A DNA stretch of 64,000 bases. Source: the human T2T-CHM13v2.0 reference genome, Homo sapiens. The position numbers were made by a program, and so were the translations under genes. The DNA lies in the NCBI RefSeq assembly GCF_009914755.1, contig NC_060948.1; one strand, given 5' to 3'. The notes below the pieces were generated by a model. The model worked only from the letters and a program-made list of their open reading frames with translations, was not told where the DNA came from and ran no database searches. Of the stretch, positions 19,093 through 35,892 are shown in pieces (within the stretch, counting starts at the first letter, position 1; each line of letters opens with the position of its first letter).

Positions 19093-19281
19093 TTTTGTTT
19101 CTTTTTTCTTTTTTTTTTTTTCTTGAGACAGAATCTCATATTGTTGCCCAGGCTGGAGTGCAGTGGCTATTCAAAGGACTAATCATGGCTCACTGCAGCC
19201 TCAAACTCCTGGCCTTGAGGGATCCTTCCACCTTAGCCTTCCAAGTAGCTGGGACTACAGGCACACTCCACTATGCCCAGT
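19093..19281 (-). mobile_element. FAM (fossil Alu monomer)
   Basis: Monomer keeping the 7SL-like segment gagtgcagtggctattca... Confidence 0.8.
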
Positions 19282-19624
19282 TAGTCTTCTTATACTACAA
19301 GCAAATATATACATAGACAACAGTGTATACATATACACACATACCATTAGTATGCATATTAAGTATTATTATAAAATAAACTTGGTTGATTTCTGTTAAC
19401 CTATAGAATAATGGAAACATAGTCTTTTTGTCCCTTAAAAAAGTCATCTTGCAGAGCTTACAATTTAAGTTGAAGAATGTCTGCTGTAGCAAAGCTCAAC
19501 TTCAAGCAGCTTTAATGGCTGCCAAGTACTATGTTGTCCTTAGTTCTAGCAGGCAATGAAGCATATAGGTTTCTTCTAAGATGCCATTAAAATAAGAAAA
19601 ACGTTTTCATATTTGTTTTAGTAT

Positions 19625-19964
19625 ATAAGATCCTTTTCATGGCAACAGAGTCATTGGGATATAAATCACATACCATACAATTGACCCATTTAAAGTGCAC
19701 AACAAAATGGCTTTTAGTATATTCACAGCATTTTGCAACTACCACTACAATTAATTTTAAAATATGTTCCTCAACCCCAAAAGAAACACTATACCTGTTA
19801 AAAGTCACCCCCAATCCTACCATTCTACCCACCTGTCAACCCAGCTCCTAGCAACCACTAATCTTTCTGTATCAAAAGATTTGCTTATTCGGGATATTTC
19901 ATATAAATGAAATAATATAATATGTGATATTTTGTTACTGGCATCTTTCACTTAGCATAATGTT
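19625..19964 (-). mobile_element. Old L1M 3' end (L1MB-like)
   Basis: cacataccatacaattgacccatttaaagtg...ggatatttcatataaatg motifs. Confidence 0.75.
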
Positions 19965-20432
19965 TTATTTATTTATTAATTTATTTTGAGTTCCAGGGTG
20001 CATGAGCAGAATGCACAGGTTTGTTACATAGGTAAACCTGTGCCATGGTGGTTTGCTGCACAGATCATCTCTTCACCTAGGTATTAAGCCTAGCATCCAT
20101 TAGCTATTTTTTCTGATGCTCTCCGTCCCCCCTCCTCTCCACCCCCGACAGACCCTAGTGTGTATTGTTCCCCTCCCTGCACCCATGTGTTCTCACTGTT
20201 CAGCTCCCACTTATAAGTGAGAACATGCAGTGTTTGGTTTTGTTCCTGCATTAGTTTACTAAGGATAATGGCTTCCAGCTCCATCCATGTCCCTGCAAAG
20301 GACATGATCTCATTCCTTTTTATGGCTGCATAGTATTCCATGGTGGATATGTACCACATTTTCTTTATCCACTCTGTCATTGATGGGCAACTGGGTTGAT
20401 TCCTTGTCTTTGCTATTGTGAATAGTGCTGAA
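19965..20432 (-). mobile_element. 5'-truncated older L1PA 3' end
   Basis: L1 3' UTR plus ORF2 C-terminal remnant (WIKKMWYISTMEYYAAIKRNEIMSF); TSD agcataatgtt at 19954-19964 and 20433-20443. Confidence 0.92.
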
Positions 20433-21374
20433 AGCATAATGTTCTATAAAGGCTTTTTTTAATGGTATGTTATGAAAACTGGCATGTCCTCAGTTTTACT
20501 CTAGCATCAGAATATATTTTCATTATTATTTTCCATAAATTATGGCAGCATAAATATAGTATGCCATTAAAATTCTATAATTTAAAAATTAAAGAATAAA
20601 AATACTTTAAAATTAAAATTAAATTAAATATAAACAAAATTAAAATTAATAATTAATGGATATTTTCCTCAAGTATGCATTAATATGTGCATTGGAAATA
20701 TAATATCAAATATAATATATTCTCTGAATATTGTAATAGCCTAGGGTATCAAAGCACATTGTAATTATTAGTTCTTATATTAGTCTTGACTTAAAAAGTG
20801 TCCAATGTATCAGAGCCCTAAAATTAAATGACCATTCAGTATAATCATAATGTGCAATGGATAATCATTTGTAGTATTATATTGAGATCCAAATATTTAG
20901 TTTCATATTATTCTACTGAATTAGTGTCTTTTATCAGTTTCATAATGTATTGAACAGTATTTGTATACAGAAATAACTACATCAGAATTCCAATTTCCTA
21001 ATACTTTTAGGAGTATACAAAAAGAAATCTCAAAGTGAGGCCTTCCATCAACATTATGTTTCTTACCACCAACTTTCCTAGGCTTCACATGTACACAACA
21101 CATTTTAATTTTATTGGACAGAGGAGAATGTTCAATCTAGGATGCAAATGTTTTGGCTAATTGTTAATGGCAATAGCAGGGTGTATGCCCTTGAAATTGC
21201 ATTTACATATAGATTATTTTCACCTCTCCTCTTTGATTGGTAATGTAAATAAACATTTTAATTTTTCATGAAATTCAGTTCATTTTTCTTTTCCTTTAGT
21301 AAATACCTGGTATTATCTACAGATACCATTTGGAATGTTTTGAAAAAAAAGTCAATTTTACTCTAAAACAAGTC

Positions 21375-21688
<314 letters not shown>

Positions 21689-24251
21689 CTAAAACAAGTC
21701 TAATCAAAACGACAGTAGCTGCACGTAAATGTACTTCACTCAAATAAAATCTGTAGTTTTTCTTTATGAACTATTTATCCATGAGACAACAATAAGAAAC
21801 TTTATCAGAAAGATAATCTATTCAGTGTTGCTGTGAGTCATTTCACAAATGTTGTGATAATTTGTTAATAGTTGATAATTAAACATAATATACAAACAAG
21901 GGTTTAGGTGGTATGATTCAGCAGAGAATGTGACATACATACCTTCATTACTAAAATGCTATTATAGTGCCTGGGATCTATCAATAAAGAAGGGACTATT
22001 TTTCTATATTCTGCCCAGTTATTCATATTTATATTAACATAGCACATTTATAGAATCACTTCTAAGAAAGGATTAAAATTACCTACTGTCCATGCCCTTC
22101 TATCCTTCCTTTTTTTTTTTAATTTCAAGGAGAAAAGTGAAAGGAGGTAAGAATCAAGATTAACAGATTGTAAAAAAAAATTTTTAACTATAGACATAAA
22201 TAAACAATATTTTCAAAATTTCTAAGTATATTTCAAAAGCAGAATTTTGAAATATACAGTATTAATATATATTGTGTATATTTTTAAAATGATGTGTGTC
22301 CCCACACATGTACATGTGAATGTGTATACATATATATGTATTTTATCATACATATGTATAAAAAAGGAAGAGGCATTTATGAGTTTGATAATTATTTCAA
22401 AAGCTATTTTATCAGTATTGATTTTTAGTTCAACATCTAAGTAGACTTGTAATTTAATCTCTCTTCAAAAATTTTTAATATTTACTAGGCTATGTTATAG
22501 AATATGGTTAACTTTATGAAAGGCTGTTTGTAAATGACTAGTAGCTATAGATTTTATTTAGGAGAGGCACAGTAAAAATATGTTTTCCAAAACTGTTGTG
22601 CAATTTACTTGAGAACAGTACATAAAATAAAACGGTATGTAAAAATAAAGTTATGATTGTGCTTTTGTCACTTTTTCCTAACTTTGAAGTAAAGGCCCTT
22701 TTACACCTTTTTCTTGTATTAAAAACCCACCAATGAAAATCACAAATCTTGAAAAATAAAAACATTTACATATAAATTTATAGAATAAATGGCTTTTTTT
22801 CAAAATTATTTGTCCTGTGAATTTCTACCTGCCAACCCACTTATAGCAAGGTTTGTAAAAACAACCAGCTCTCTGCTGTAAAGACTCGTTGCTCAAAAAT
22901 GTTTATTTAGTGTTAGAATATAAGTGGCTTGTGTTTCATCCCCTCATTTAGCATCCAATCTAAGAGGTACCTGAGAGAATTTATGGAAATGAAGACATAC
23001 TAATAAATATGTATTTTGCTTTCATAGTTACAGATAAAAGTTGACGAGTACATAAAAAAGCTATAAAAATGTCTATATAAGTGTTATACATTTTTATTTA
23101 TTATTAATCTATCATTAATTTTACATGGGGATGGGACAGGATCATTCTTCTCCAGTTGTGTCTGTATACAATGCCACCCTCTATAGGATTGTTATTGATA
23201 TTATTTAAAAAAGAGGAAACAGGTGGAGAGTAGAAAACTATACTTACTTTATTTTAGTCCATTTCTCTTAACATTCCTCTCACAGAAGTGAATTAATAGC
23301 AGCTTGATATCAATGGCATGCAGGATTTTATTGGTAATCAGTAATATTGAATGTTATATAGTTTTTAAAAATTCTATATTCCATTTTTCATTGTTTATGT
23401 TATTTACCTAAGTGTTAACATTGCAAATTAGTATTTCATTATTAGTATGGGCCCATACCTTGTCTGACTGCTGGGTCAGCAAGTGGAAATTGCAACATGA
23501 TTAATTACTTAGTTTATTTAGAAAACGTAAAAAGCAAAACAAGAGAATACTGTTAAAAGATATCACATCATAATTTAAGCCAGGCAAAGACAGAACTATT
23601 TTAAAAAGTGATGCTATAGGTTACATTGAAGACGAAGCTCTTTCGCTTCCCCAGTTTAAATTCCATATTGTTTGTGAGATACTTGACGAAACAGAAAGAT
23701 CATTTAAACCTAATGTTTTTTTCCAATGCCATTTTCTTCCTCATCAGTTATGTTGCTATTTTTATATTTATAATATAGCCATGTGCTTTAGTTTAACCAA
23801 TTAACGATGCTTATCCTGTAATTATTTCTAATGCAATATTTTTATAATACATCTATTATGTGTATAGTAGTCACAACTGGTAAGTTAAATGGCAGAAATA
23901 GGTATTCTAGGAAAACTTGATATAGTTAATTCCCAACAATAACTCTATACTTAAGAACATGTTTCTGATTCCCTGGAATTGAGATATTCTACTTGTTCTA
24001 AATCATTTGTGAGTTTTAAGATGGAACTATTCACCCCATAAAGTTCTGTATCATTGTTGAATATTGTTTCATATATGTTATTGTTTGAGTAAATCTTATC
24101 AGACAAGGCAGATGCAATTTATACAATTATAAGCTTAATGTACATTGTATAAATTAAGTTGGATTAATTTTAGAGATGATCTCGAATTTGTCAGATAGTT
24201 GTAAAACACCCTTACTCTAATATTGCCATGTAGACTAGGTGCTTCAGGTAA

Positions 24252-24618
<367 letters not shown>

Positions 24619-24910
24619 TAAATTCTTTGTAGGTCAAATGCAGAAATAGGGATTGAATGGGTCTATTCTGATGACTGAGGTAACCAAAGTACAAATTGGT
24701 AAGCTAAATATTTAATTGTTCAGCTACTACTTGTGAATTACACACAGTTGCACATGCACACACACACATACAGCCATTCAAAGTATTTTATTCATTTTAC
24801 AAATACGGGTAACTTGTATTTTTTTCTGCCATAGATGAAGGATCATCTACTATCCTTCTTTACTGTGCCTTAATATTTTAGTTTGACAACCTTATATAAG
24901 ATGGTTCTAA

Positions 24911-25232
<322 letters not shown>

Positions 25233-25269
25233 TGGTTCTAATCTTTATTGAAAATTTTTATCCCTAAAT

Positions 25270-25401
25270 TGTGTGTGTATATATATATACACACACAGAC
25301 ACACACATACACATTGATATATATACACCACACACACACAGATGCATGCACATACACACACACACACACACACACATCTACACATACACAAACCTATATA
25401 T
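25270..25401. repeat. Compound (TG)(TA)(CA)n microsatellite
   Basis: Direct observation. Confidence 0.9.
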
Positions 25402-25428
25402 GCATTTAAAATGTTTACAATGTTCTCC

Positions 25429-25711
25429 AGCCAGGCACGGTGGCTCACGCCTGTAATCCTAGCATTTTGGGAGGCTAAGGTGGGAGGATTGCTTTGGCCC
25501 AGAAGTTTGAGACCAGCCTGGTTAACATAGTGAGACCTCTATCTGTCTAAAAAAAGAAAAAATGTAGCTAGATGTGGTGGCACATGCCTGTAGTTTTTGG
25601 CTACTAGGGAGGCTGAGGTGGGAGGATCATTTAAGGCAGGGAGGTCAAGGCTGCAGTGAGCTGTGACTGTGAAACTGGACTCCAAACTGGGCAACAGAGT
25701 GAGACCCTGTC
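25429..25711 (+). mobile_element. AluJ lacking a poly-A tail
   Basis: J diagnostics; ends gagaccctgtc and joins THE1-int directly. Confidence 0.88.
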
Positions 25712-26751
25712 CTAATGTCAGTCCTGAAGACCACGGGGAAAATATCTCCAGGCCATGTCAGAGACTTTCATAGCAGCCCCTCCCATCACAGGCCCAGAGG
25801 CCCAGAAGTAAAAAGTGGTTTCATGGGCCTGGTGCAGGGTTCCTGGTGCAGGGTTCCCATGCTGTGTGAAGCCTAGGGACTTGGTGCCCTGTGTCCCAAC
25901 CTCTCTAGTCGTGGCTGAAAGGGGCCAACGTAGAGCTTGGGCTGTGGCTTCAGAGGGCGGAAGCCGCAAGCCTTGGCAGCTTCCACGTGGTGTTGAGCCT
26001 GTGGGTGCACAGATGTCAAGAATTGTGGTTTGGGAATCTCTGCCTAGAATTTAGAAGAAGATGTATGGAAACACTTGGATGCCCAGGCAAAAGTATGCTG
26101 CAGGGGCGGGGTCCTCATGGAGCACCTCTGCTAAGGCAGTGAAGAAGGGAGATGTGGGGTTGGAGCCCCCACACAGAATCCCTACTGGGGCACTGCCTAG
26201 TGGAGCTGTGAGAAGAGGGCCACTGTCCTCCAGACTCCAGAAAGGTAGATCCACTGACTGCTTGCACCCTGCACCTGGAAAAGCCGCAGACACTCAATGC
26301 CAGTCCGTGCAAGCAGCCACAAGGGAGGCTGTACCTTGCAAAGCCACAGGGGCAGAGCTGCCCAAGACCATGGGAACCCACCTCTTGCATCAGCGTGACC
26401 TGTATGTGAGACCTGGAGTCAAAGGAGGTCATTTTGGAGCTTTAAAATTTGACTGCCCCATTGGATTTCGGATTTGCATAGGCCCTGTAGCCCCCTTTTT
26501 TTAGACGATTTCTTCCATTTGGAACAGCTGTATTTACCCAATACCTGAACCCCCATTGTATCTAGGAAGTAACCAGCTTTTGATTTTATAGGCTCATAGG
26601 CAGAAGGGACTTGCCTTGGCTCAGATGAGACTTTGGACTGGTGGGCTTTTGGGTTAATGCTGAAATGAGTTAAAACTTTGGGGGACTGTTGGGAAGCCAT
26701 GATTGGTTTTGAAATGTGAGGACATGCGATTTGGAGGGGCCAGGGGCGAAA
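25712..26751 (+). mobile_element. THE1 MaLR internal region (3' portion)
   Basis: Typical THE1-int text (tggagcccccacacaga..., gccacaggggcagagctgcccaagacc); polypurine tract ttggaggggccagggg before the LTR. Confidence 0.9.
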
Positions 26752-27089
26752 TGATATGGTTTGGCTGTGTCCCCAACCAAATCTCACCTTGAATTGTATC
26801 TCCCAGAATTCCCACGTGTTGTGCGAAGGACCCAGGGGGAGATCATTGAATCAACTGGGCCAGTCTTTCCCGTGCTATTCTCATGATAGTGAATACGTCT
26901 TATGAGATCTGATAGGTGTATCAGGGTTTTCCGCTTTTGCTTCTTCCTCATTTTCTTTTGCTACTGCCATGTAAGAAGTGTCTCTCACCTCCCACCATGA
27001 TTCTGAGGCTTCTCCAGCCATGTGTAACTATAAGTCCAATTAAACCTCTTTTTCTTCCCAGTCTTGGGTATGTCTTTATCACCCAATAC
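26752..27089 (+). mobile_element. THE1A-like 3' LTR
   Basis: tgatatggtttggctgtgtcccc...attaaacctc; short deletion near the 3' end. Confidence 0.88.
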
Positions 27090-27289
27090 TTAACTTTCAG
27101 GTTTGCCTCCTCCTATACTAAAATCCTGTATGGCCAGCTATCCTGATGTCATTAGTAGTAGACTTTCATAGGTTTACATAATTTAGCTCTGAATTTTTCT
27201 TTATTCTTCTTCAAATTGATGCAGAGGGATGAAGGAATAACGTTCACAACCATTAGAAATTTATGCATTGTTAATTTTCTCATGTATGA

Positions 27290-27760
27290 TGGCAAACTGA
27301 TTTAATCATCTGACCTTTGAACTGGATCTACAAAATTGCTTGTTGCATATACAAAATCTAAATGATATGGTGTCAGTAAATTATGTATAAATGTCCTGGG
27401 GGAGCTGCCAGTGTGACCATCCTCCTCAACAGTTATTCTTCTAAGTATACTGTTGATCCATCTATTTGGATTGCTTTGTCTATTAAAACCATTACAAAAT
27501 TACCATAGTGTCAGTTTGGTTAATAGGCTTGTCTTTCAAATGAACATAACCTGTAGACAGTGAGATGATTGTGCAAATAAACAAGCTGCTTGTATTTAAC
27601 TCAAGTATGTATACAATGGCTCTAATTTTGTATTCATTAAGTGTAAACAAAGGGACTCAGAAAAATGCGAGGACAGTCCCACCACAGATTAAAAAGGGTT
27701 GGGACTTTCAGAGACGTATTGCTGCAGTCATTTGGTGAATATTTATGAGCCCAAATATCT
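27290..27760. promoter_or_regulatory. Candidate enhancer / conserved non-coding element
   Basis: Repeat-free; perfect DR1 TGACCTtTGAACT at 27311-27323, TGATTTAAT, TGTCAG x2, forkhead AAATAAACA and TGTAAACA, SOX-like ACAATGG. Conservation not verifiable here. Confidence 0.4.
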
Positions 27761-28954
27761 ACAGCTTTTATTTATTTTCTTTTTTATGATTTATTTTGCT
27801 TTGTATGGTCTGTGAGTAGAAAACTATAAGGCTTCATGGAAATCACCTGATAGTTCATGTAAAGGCAACATTTTCCAGAGACTTAAGAAAGTAATAGGAA
27901 AGGCTCTGGTATTGAATAAAATTACTTTGCTTTATAAATGGTGCATGTAGAAGACAGCTAAGTTATATTATTTAGAAAAGATATAGCTGTGGCAAGAAAA
28001 ATGTATGCATTTTATTAGGAAACAGCAGATTTAAATTTATTTTTAATATTGTCAGTTATAACAGTACCAAAACTCTTAGGGTTAATCAGTGCCAGATATC
28101 TTCAGGCACTCAAAATTTGCAAATAATTAAACAAATGGATGGATCTTATTCAATTAAACTATTAATATAAGAATACACTAATTTCCTTGAAAAATAGAAA
28201 CATGAAAGGTTTAATTTTGTATAGTTCCAAAATTTGTCCACCCCATTGGGCTTTTCCACACTTCATGATGACTTAGTAATGTTTTTCATCTGTTCTATGA
28301 TCTCTCCAAAGATGTTTCAGTTCCACTTTCTTAGAAACTATTTTTCAAATATAAGTGTCAAGCTGTTCCAAAGTTTATTTTTTCTTATTGTATAATATAT
28401 CCATTTAGAGAATGCAAAAGCATTAAATTGTTGCACTGCCTCTGGCCTATTGTCTTGCAAATGTGCTTTGCACATAAGAGACAACCTCTGAATATTTTTC
28501 TTTCATCAAAATCATAAAACCTAGGAGACATTCTATAGAACTGCCATGAGTAATATTTTTTCATAAACATCATATATATATAGGATATGTTAGCATACTC
28601 CTCTTTTCTTCCTGCCTACGAGAAAGAATGGGCCAATAAAAACTGAACTATTATTTTGAAATTTAATTTTGACAACTGAGAATCCCTAAAGACATTCCAG
28701 TCAGGTACAACAATCTTTCCTTTCTCCCTGGGAGTCTATTACACTGGAAACTTGTGCTGTTGCATACAACTGCTTGCTTTTGGGGGGTGGGGGTGAGAGG
28801 GAGCATACAGTCCTCCTGTATGTGCAACTTGTGCAATAGCTAAGAGTCAAAATGCCTCCCATGAGGGGCAATATGGAATACTGGTTTTTGTTCTACTAAT
28901 TAAATCCTTTATATTCTATAAGCACATCTTTCCGTTTTCTGCAAAACATCATTA

Positions 28955-29476
<522 letters not shown>

Positions 29477-30224
29477 CTAATAGATGTAACAGAATTTGAT
29501 ATGAGGTTACATTTTTATTTATCTTAAATGGGAATGAAATAAATAGCTCAGTAGAAACATTATTATTATTATTATTAGTTTACTTTCAGAAAGAGGGAAT
29601 TGAAATATGGAAAGTTTAATTCTTCAAACCGTTAGCAGAAACAAAATCAAGAATGGAACTGTCCAACTATGTAAAATGTAATTATTTGTCTTTTTAAATG
29701 AAGATACAACCTGACAAATTTATTTCTCTTATTTGATCACAATCTCTAATTGCAACATTTTCTCGGTATATGCCCATTGTGTGATTTTGTCTTATGTCTT
29801 CAGATTTTTTAAAAAAACTTTTACACATTTTATTCCCAGGGATCTTCTTTTCAGTGATCATTCTAATGTATGTTTGAAAGGAAAACGTCTTCACTGATTT
29901 GAGCCAGCAAAAGTTGGCAGTACAGTGACAAATAAACAAGGGTTAGAGATAAGCAAAAGGAGAGACTTTTATGTAAATCTTACTATTTTTAATCAATTGG
30001 CAAGATGTTCTCAGGTCTTTCTAATATCCAGCAGAGAACTCGATTGAAGTTTAACTTCTTTTGACAATAAATCAGTGATTAATCTGCTACACACCTATGT
30101 ATTAAGAGGGGAATTACCAAGATTGCCAAAGGCAGGTAGACAACTTTGAAGCAGAACATTGGAAAACTGTCTGACCTGTGACCTTTTCTCTCCTACCATG
30201 TAGTCACACTCCTCGTTTACTGAA

Positions 30225-30675
30225 CTTCTTTCTTTCTTTTCCTTTCTTTTCTTCCTTCCTTCCTTCCTTCCTTTCTTTCTTTCTTTCTTTCTTTTTCTTT
30301 TCTCTCTTTCTTTCTTTTTCTTTCTCTTTCCTTTTCTTTCTTTTCTTTCTCTTTCTCCTTTCTTCCTTCCTTCATTCCTTTCCTTCTTTCCCTTCCTTCC
30401 TTCCTTCCTTCCCTTCCTTCCTTCCTTCCTTCCTTCCTTCCTTCCTTCCTTCCCTCCCTCCCTCCCTCCCTCCCTCCTTTCTTTCTTTCTTTCTTTTTCT
30501 TTTCTCTCTTTCTTTCTTTTTCTTTCTCTTTCCTTTTCTTTCTTTTCTTTCTCTTTCTCCTTTCTTCCTTCCTTCATTCCTTTCCTTCTTTCCCTTCCTT
30601 CCTTCCTTCCTTCCTTCCTTCCTTCCCTCCCTCCCTCCCTCCCTCCCTCCCTCCCTCCCTCCCTCCCTCCCTCCT

Positions 30676-30746
<71 letters not shown>

Positions 30747-30786
30747 CCCTTTCCCTGTCTCTTTCCCTTCCTTTTTTTTTTTTTTT
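30225..30786. repeat. Compound polypyrimidine tract (CTTT/CCTT/CCCT)n
   Basis: 562 bp with only 2 A (30374, 30576) and 1 G (30757). Confidence 0.97.
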
Positions 30787-31057
<271 letters not shown>

Positions 31058-31292
31058 TGAATTTCTTTCTAATATAAAGGAATAGCACCTATGATAGAAC
31101 ACATTAGAACTGCCTACTTAGCACAGATAGTGTAGCATAGGCACATCTAGGCTTACATAAAATAAATTATTATTTTGTTTAAAATACTTGCTCCTCAGCC
31201 ACTTAACTGTTTTTTTCTTTATAAGATCATCTGCAAGCATAATTTCAGGAACTGGCCTTGGAAACATTGACATACATGTGTACTTATATGTT

Positions 31293-31312
31293 TATATATA
31301 TATATATGTGTG

Positions 31313-31355
<43 letters not shown>
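31293..31355. repeat. (TA)n(CA)n microsatellite
   Basis: About 17 CA units. Confidence 0.95.
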
Positions 31356-31356
<1 letters not shown>

Positions 31357-31959
31357 AATGTTTTTTGGAGTGAAAATCTGGATCTTAGAAAGTTAATGCT
31401 ATATCTGGCTTTGTGTGTATTGCATACTCCCTTTGTTTAGATAATTAATGCTAAAGAATTTGAAGAATCATTTCCAATAATTTCCACTGCAATACATTGA
31501 GCTGGGAGTCAGAGGTACAGCCATAGATGATTTCCCTCACATTATATTTTGTACAATTAGTAGTTTTGATGTTGCTGAAAACATTATCGAATGTATAAAA
31601 TATACTTCAACTTTGCCATCTTCATCTATCAGAAACAAGTGTATCTGTATCGTAAAACATCAACCCTATAACTGTGGGTCTGAAAGTTGCCTGACAAAGC
31701 AGATGTGTACTTTTCCCAATTCCAGTTGTGGATAACTGAGCTCAGTAATTATAATTATGAAGGCTAGGCCTGGCATAGCAACTGAATCAGATTTAGAGTG
31801 CTAATGTCTATTTTTTGTTCCAATGTAGAGAATAAATGTGCATATTTAGATTGACTTACTGTGTCTATATCAGAGAAAGATTAGCATTATAAGAACTATA
31901 TACTTTTCATAAAATTCAGACAATCCATTTGTGACAAGAATATAGGCTGGAATGAGAGA

Positions 31960-32058
31960 TCTCTCTCTTTCTCTCACTCTCTCTCTATGTGTGTGTGTGT
32001 GTGTATATATATGTGTGTATATATATATATGTGTATATATATATATATGTATATATAT
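31960..32058. repeat. (CT)n(TG)n(TA)n compound microsatellite
   Basis: Direct observation. Confidence 0.92.
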
Positions 32059-32124
32059 GGCATAATCACAAACCAAATTCCAAGGCATAATCATAAACAC
32101 AATTTCAGGAATTTTTAATAAGAT

Positions 32125-34130
<2,006 letters not shown>

Positions 34131-35254
34131 TTTATTTTCGAATATAATTTGTTTTTGAAATTAAAATTATAATCTATCTTAATTCTACGGTTCTTTTTCA
34201 GAGATAAACAAAAAACTTCACATTAGTATTTATTATTATCGTTACATATATTTTATTTCATCATGTTTGTAGATATGACTAAATATATTTTTTCATCATT
34301 ATGAACAAAGTTTAGTTCATTTACATATTAAATCACAATTATTTTATTAATTCATTTAATTTCTATGTAACTATTTCTCTGTAAACCTAAGTTTAAATAT
34401 GGCTGAAACTACATAATTTTAAACATTGTAGATCTAAAATTTTAGGAGGCAAATGTCAAAACAATTAAGGATAAGATACTATAGTAACTAGAGGAAGAAA
34501 TAAGAAAACCATATAAGTAAGGAAAACAATATATTTGTGTAGATGTACTCTAAAACCACACCTATGTTTGGCACTTATATCTTTTGACTTCAGTATTCCA
34601 ATTTTTGAATGGGCCTTCTGCCATACTAACAGATGTGTCGATTGTGTAGACCTGCCAAGGAAACAGAATATACATAAAAACAGTAAAAAAAGAAATTGTG
34701 CTGGCAATTAAGAAGACTTCATTGTGCGCAAGTGCCTTGCCAAACATCAATGTATGCATATTTATATTTGAGTAGTTCCATCCAACACTGAAGTCAGAAA
34801 ACAAAATCATTTTATGCCAGTAACTGAATGAAATATTACTTTGTTTTGGTTTATTTTTAGTATTAGTCAGATAGTCCAGTCAATATAATTTTATGTACTT
34901 TTCAATTATAATGCAAAGTAGTAGACTCTTTCCCCAAATTAAAAAAAAATATTAAATCAAATGTATATTTTCTTGTATAGCTTCAGTTATCCTTCATGAA
35001 CACTTCTTGATTACTTGGAGCACTAAACTTGTTCATATGGTGAAAGGAAGGTCATTAAGACAATGTACTTTAGAATTGCACTTTAAACTTTTGTTTCAAG
35101 AGTCTTTGCTTATTTAAAATAAATGAATATTTTTATGTTTATGCATATATGCATTCACAAAATACTGATAGAATAATCCTGTGAAGCTCACTTCAGAATG
35201 ACAAAGTTTTCTTCATTAGCAAAAAACTAAAGTATTAAACATTTAAAATTGTAA

Positions 35255-35638
<384 letters not shown>

Positions 35639-35858
35639 TAGTTAAATTTTTTTTGAAAACAGGTTTCCCAAGGGGGTATACTTAGCACATTAAAACATGT
35701 ATCACAAAATCTGACAATCGACCTACAGGAGGATGCATCTGTATAGTTCCTTTGTCTGAAATTTTAACTTTAATTTTTATGAAACAAATCTAACTGGAAT
35801 AAAATGCCAATCCTATTACAGATTGCAATGCCATCTTATATTACATATAAATAAATAA

Positions 35859-35859
<1 letters not shown>

Positions 35860-35889
<30 letters not shown>
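35860..35889. repeat. (AC)n microsatellite
   Basis: Direct observation. Confidence 0.93.

Positions 35890-35892
<3 letters not shown>

Noticed and set aside
19140-19281. Possible 7SL RNA gene or pseudogene
   Set aside because: Only the short gtggctattca 7SL-like segment is present and the S domain is absent, which fits a FAM monomer.
25718-26787. Cluster of overlapping 80-150 aa ORFs
   Set aside because: GC-rich THE1 MaLR internal sequence; degenerate retroelement frames.
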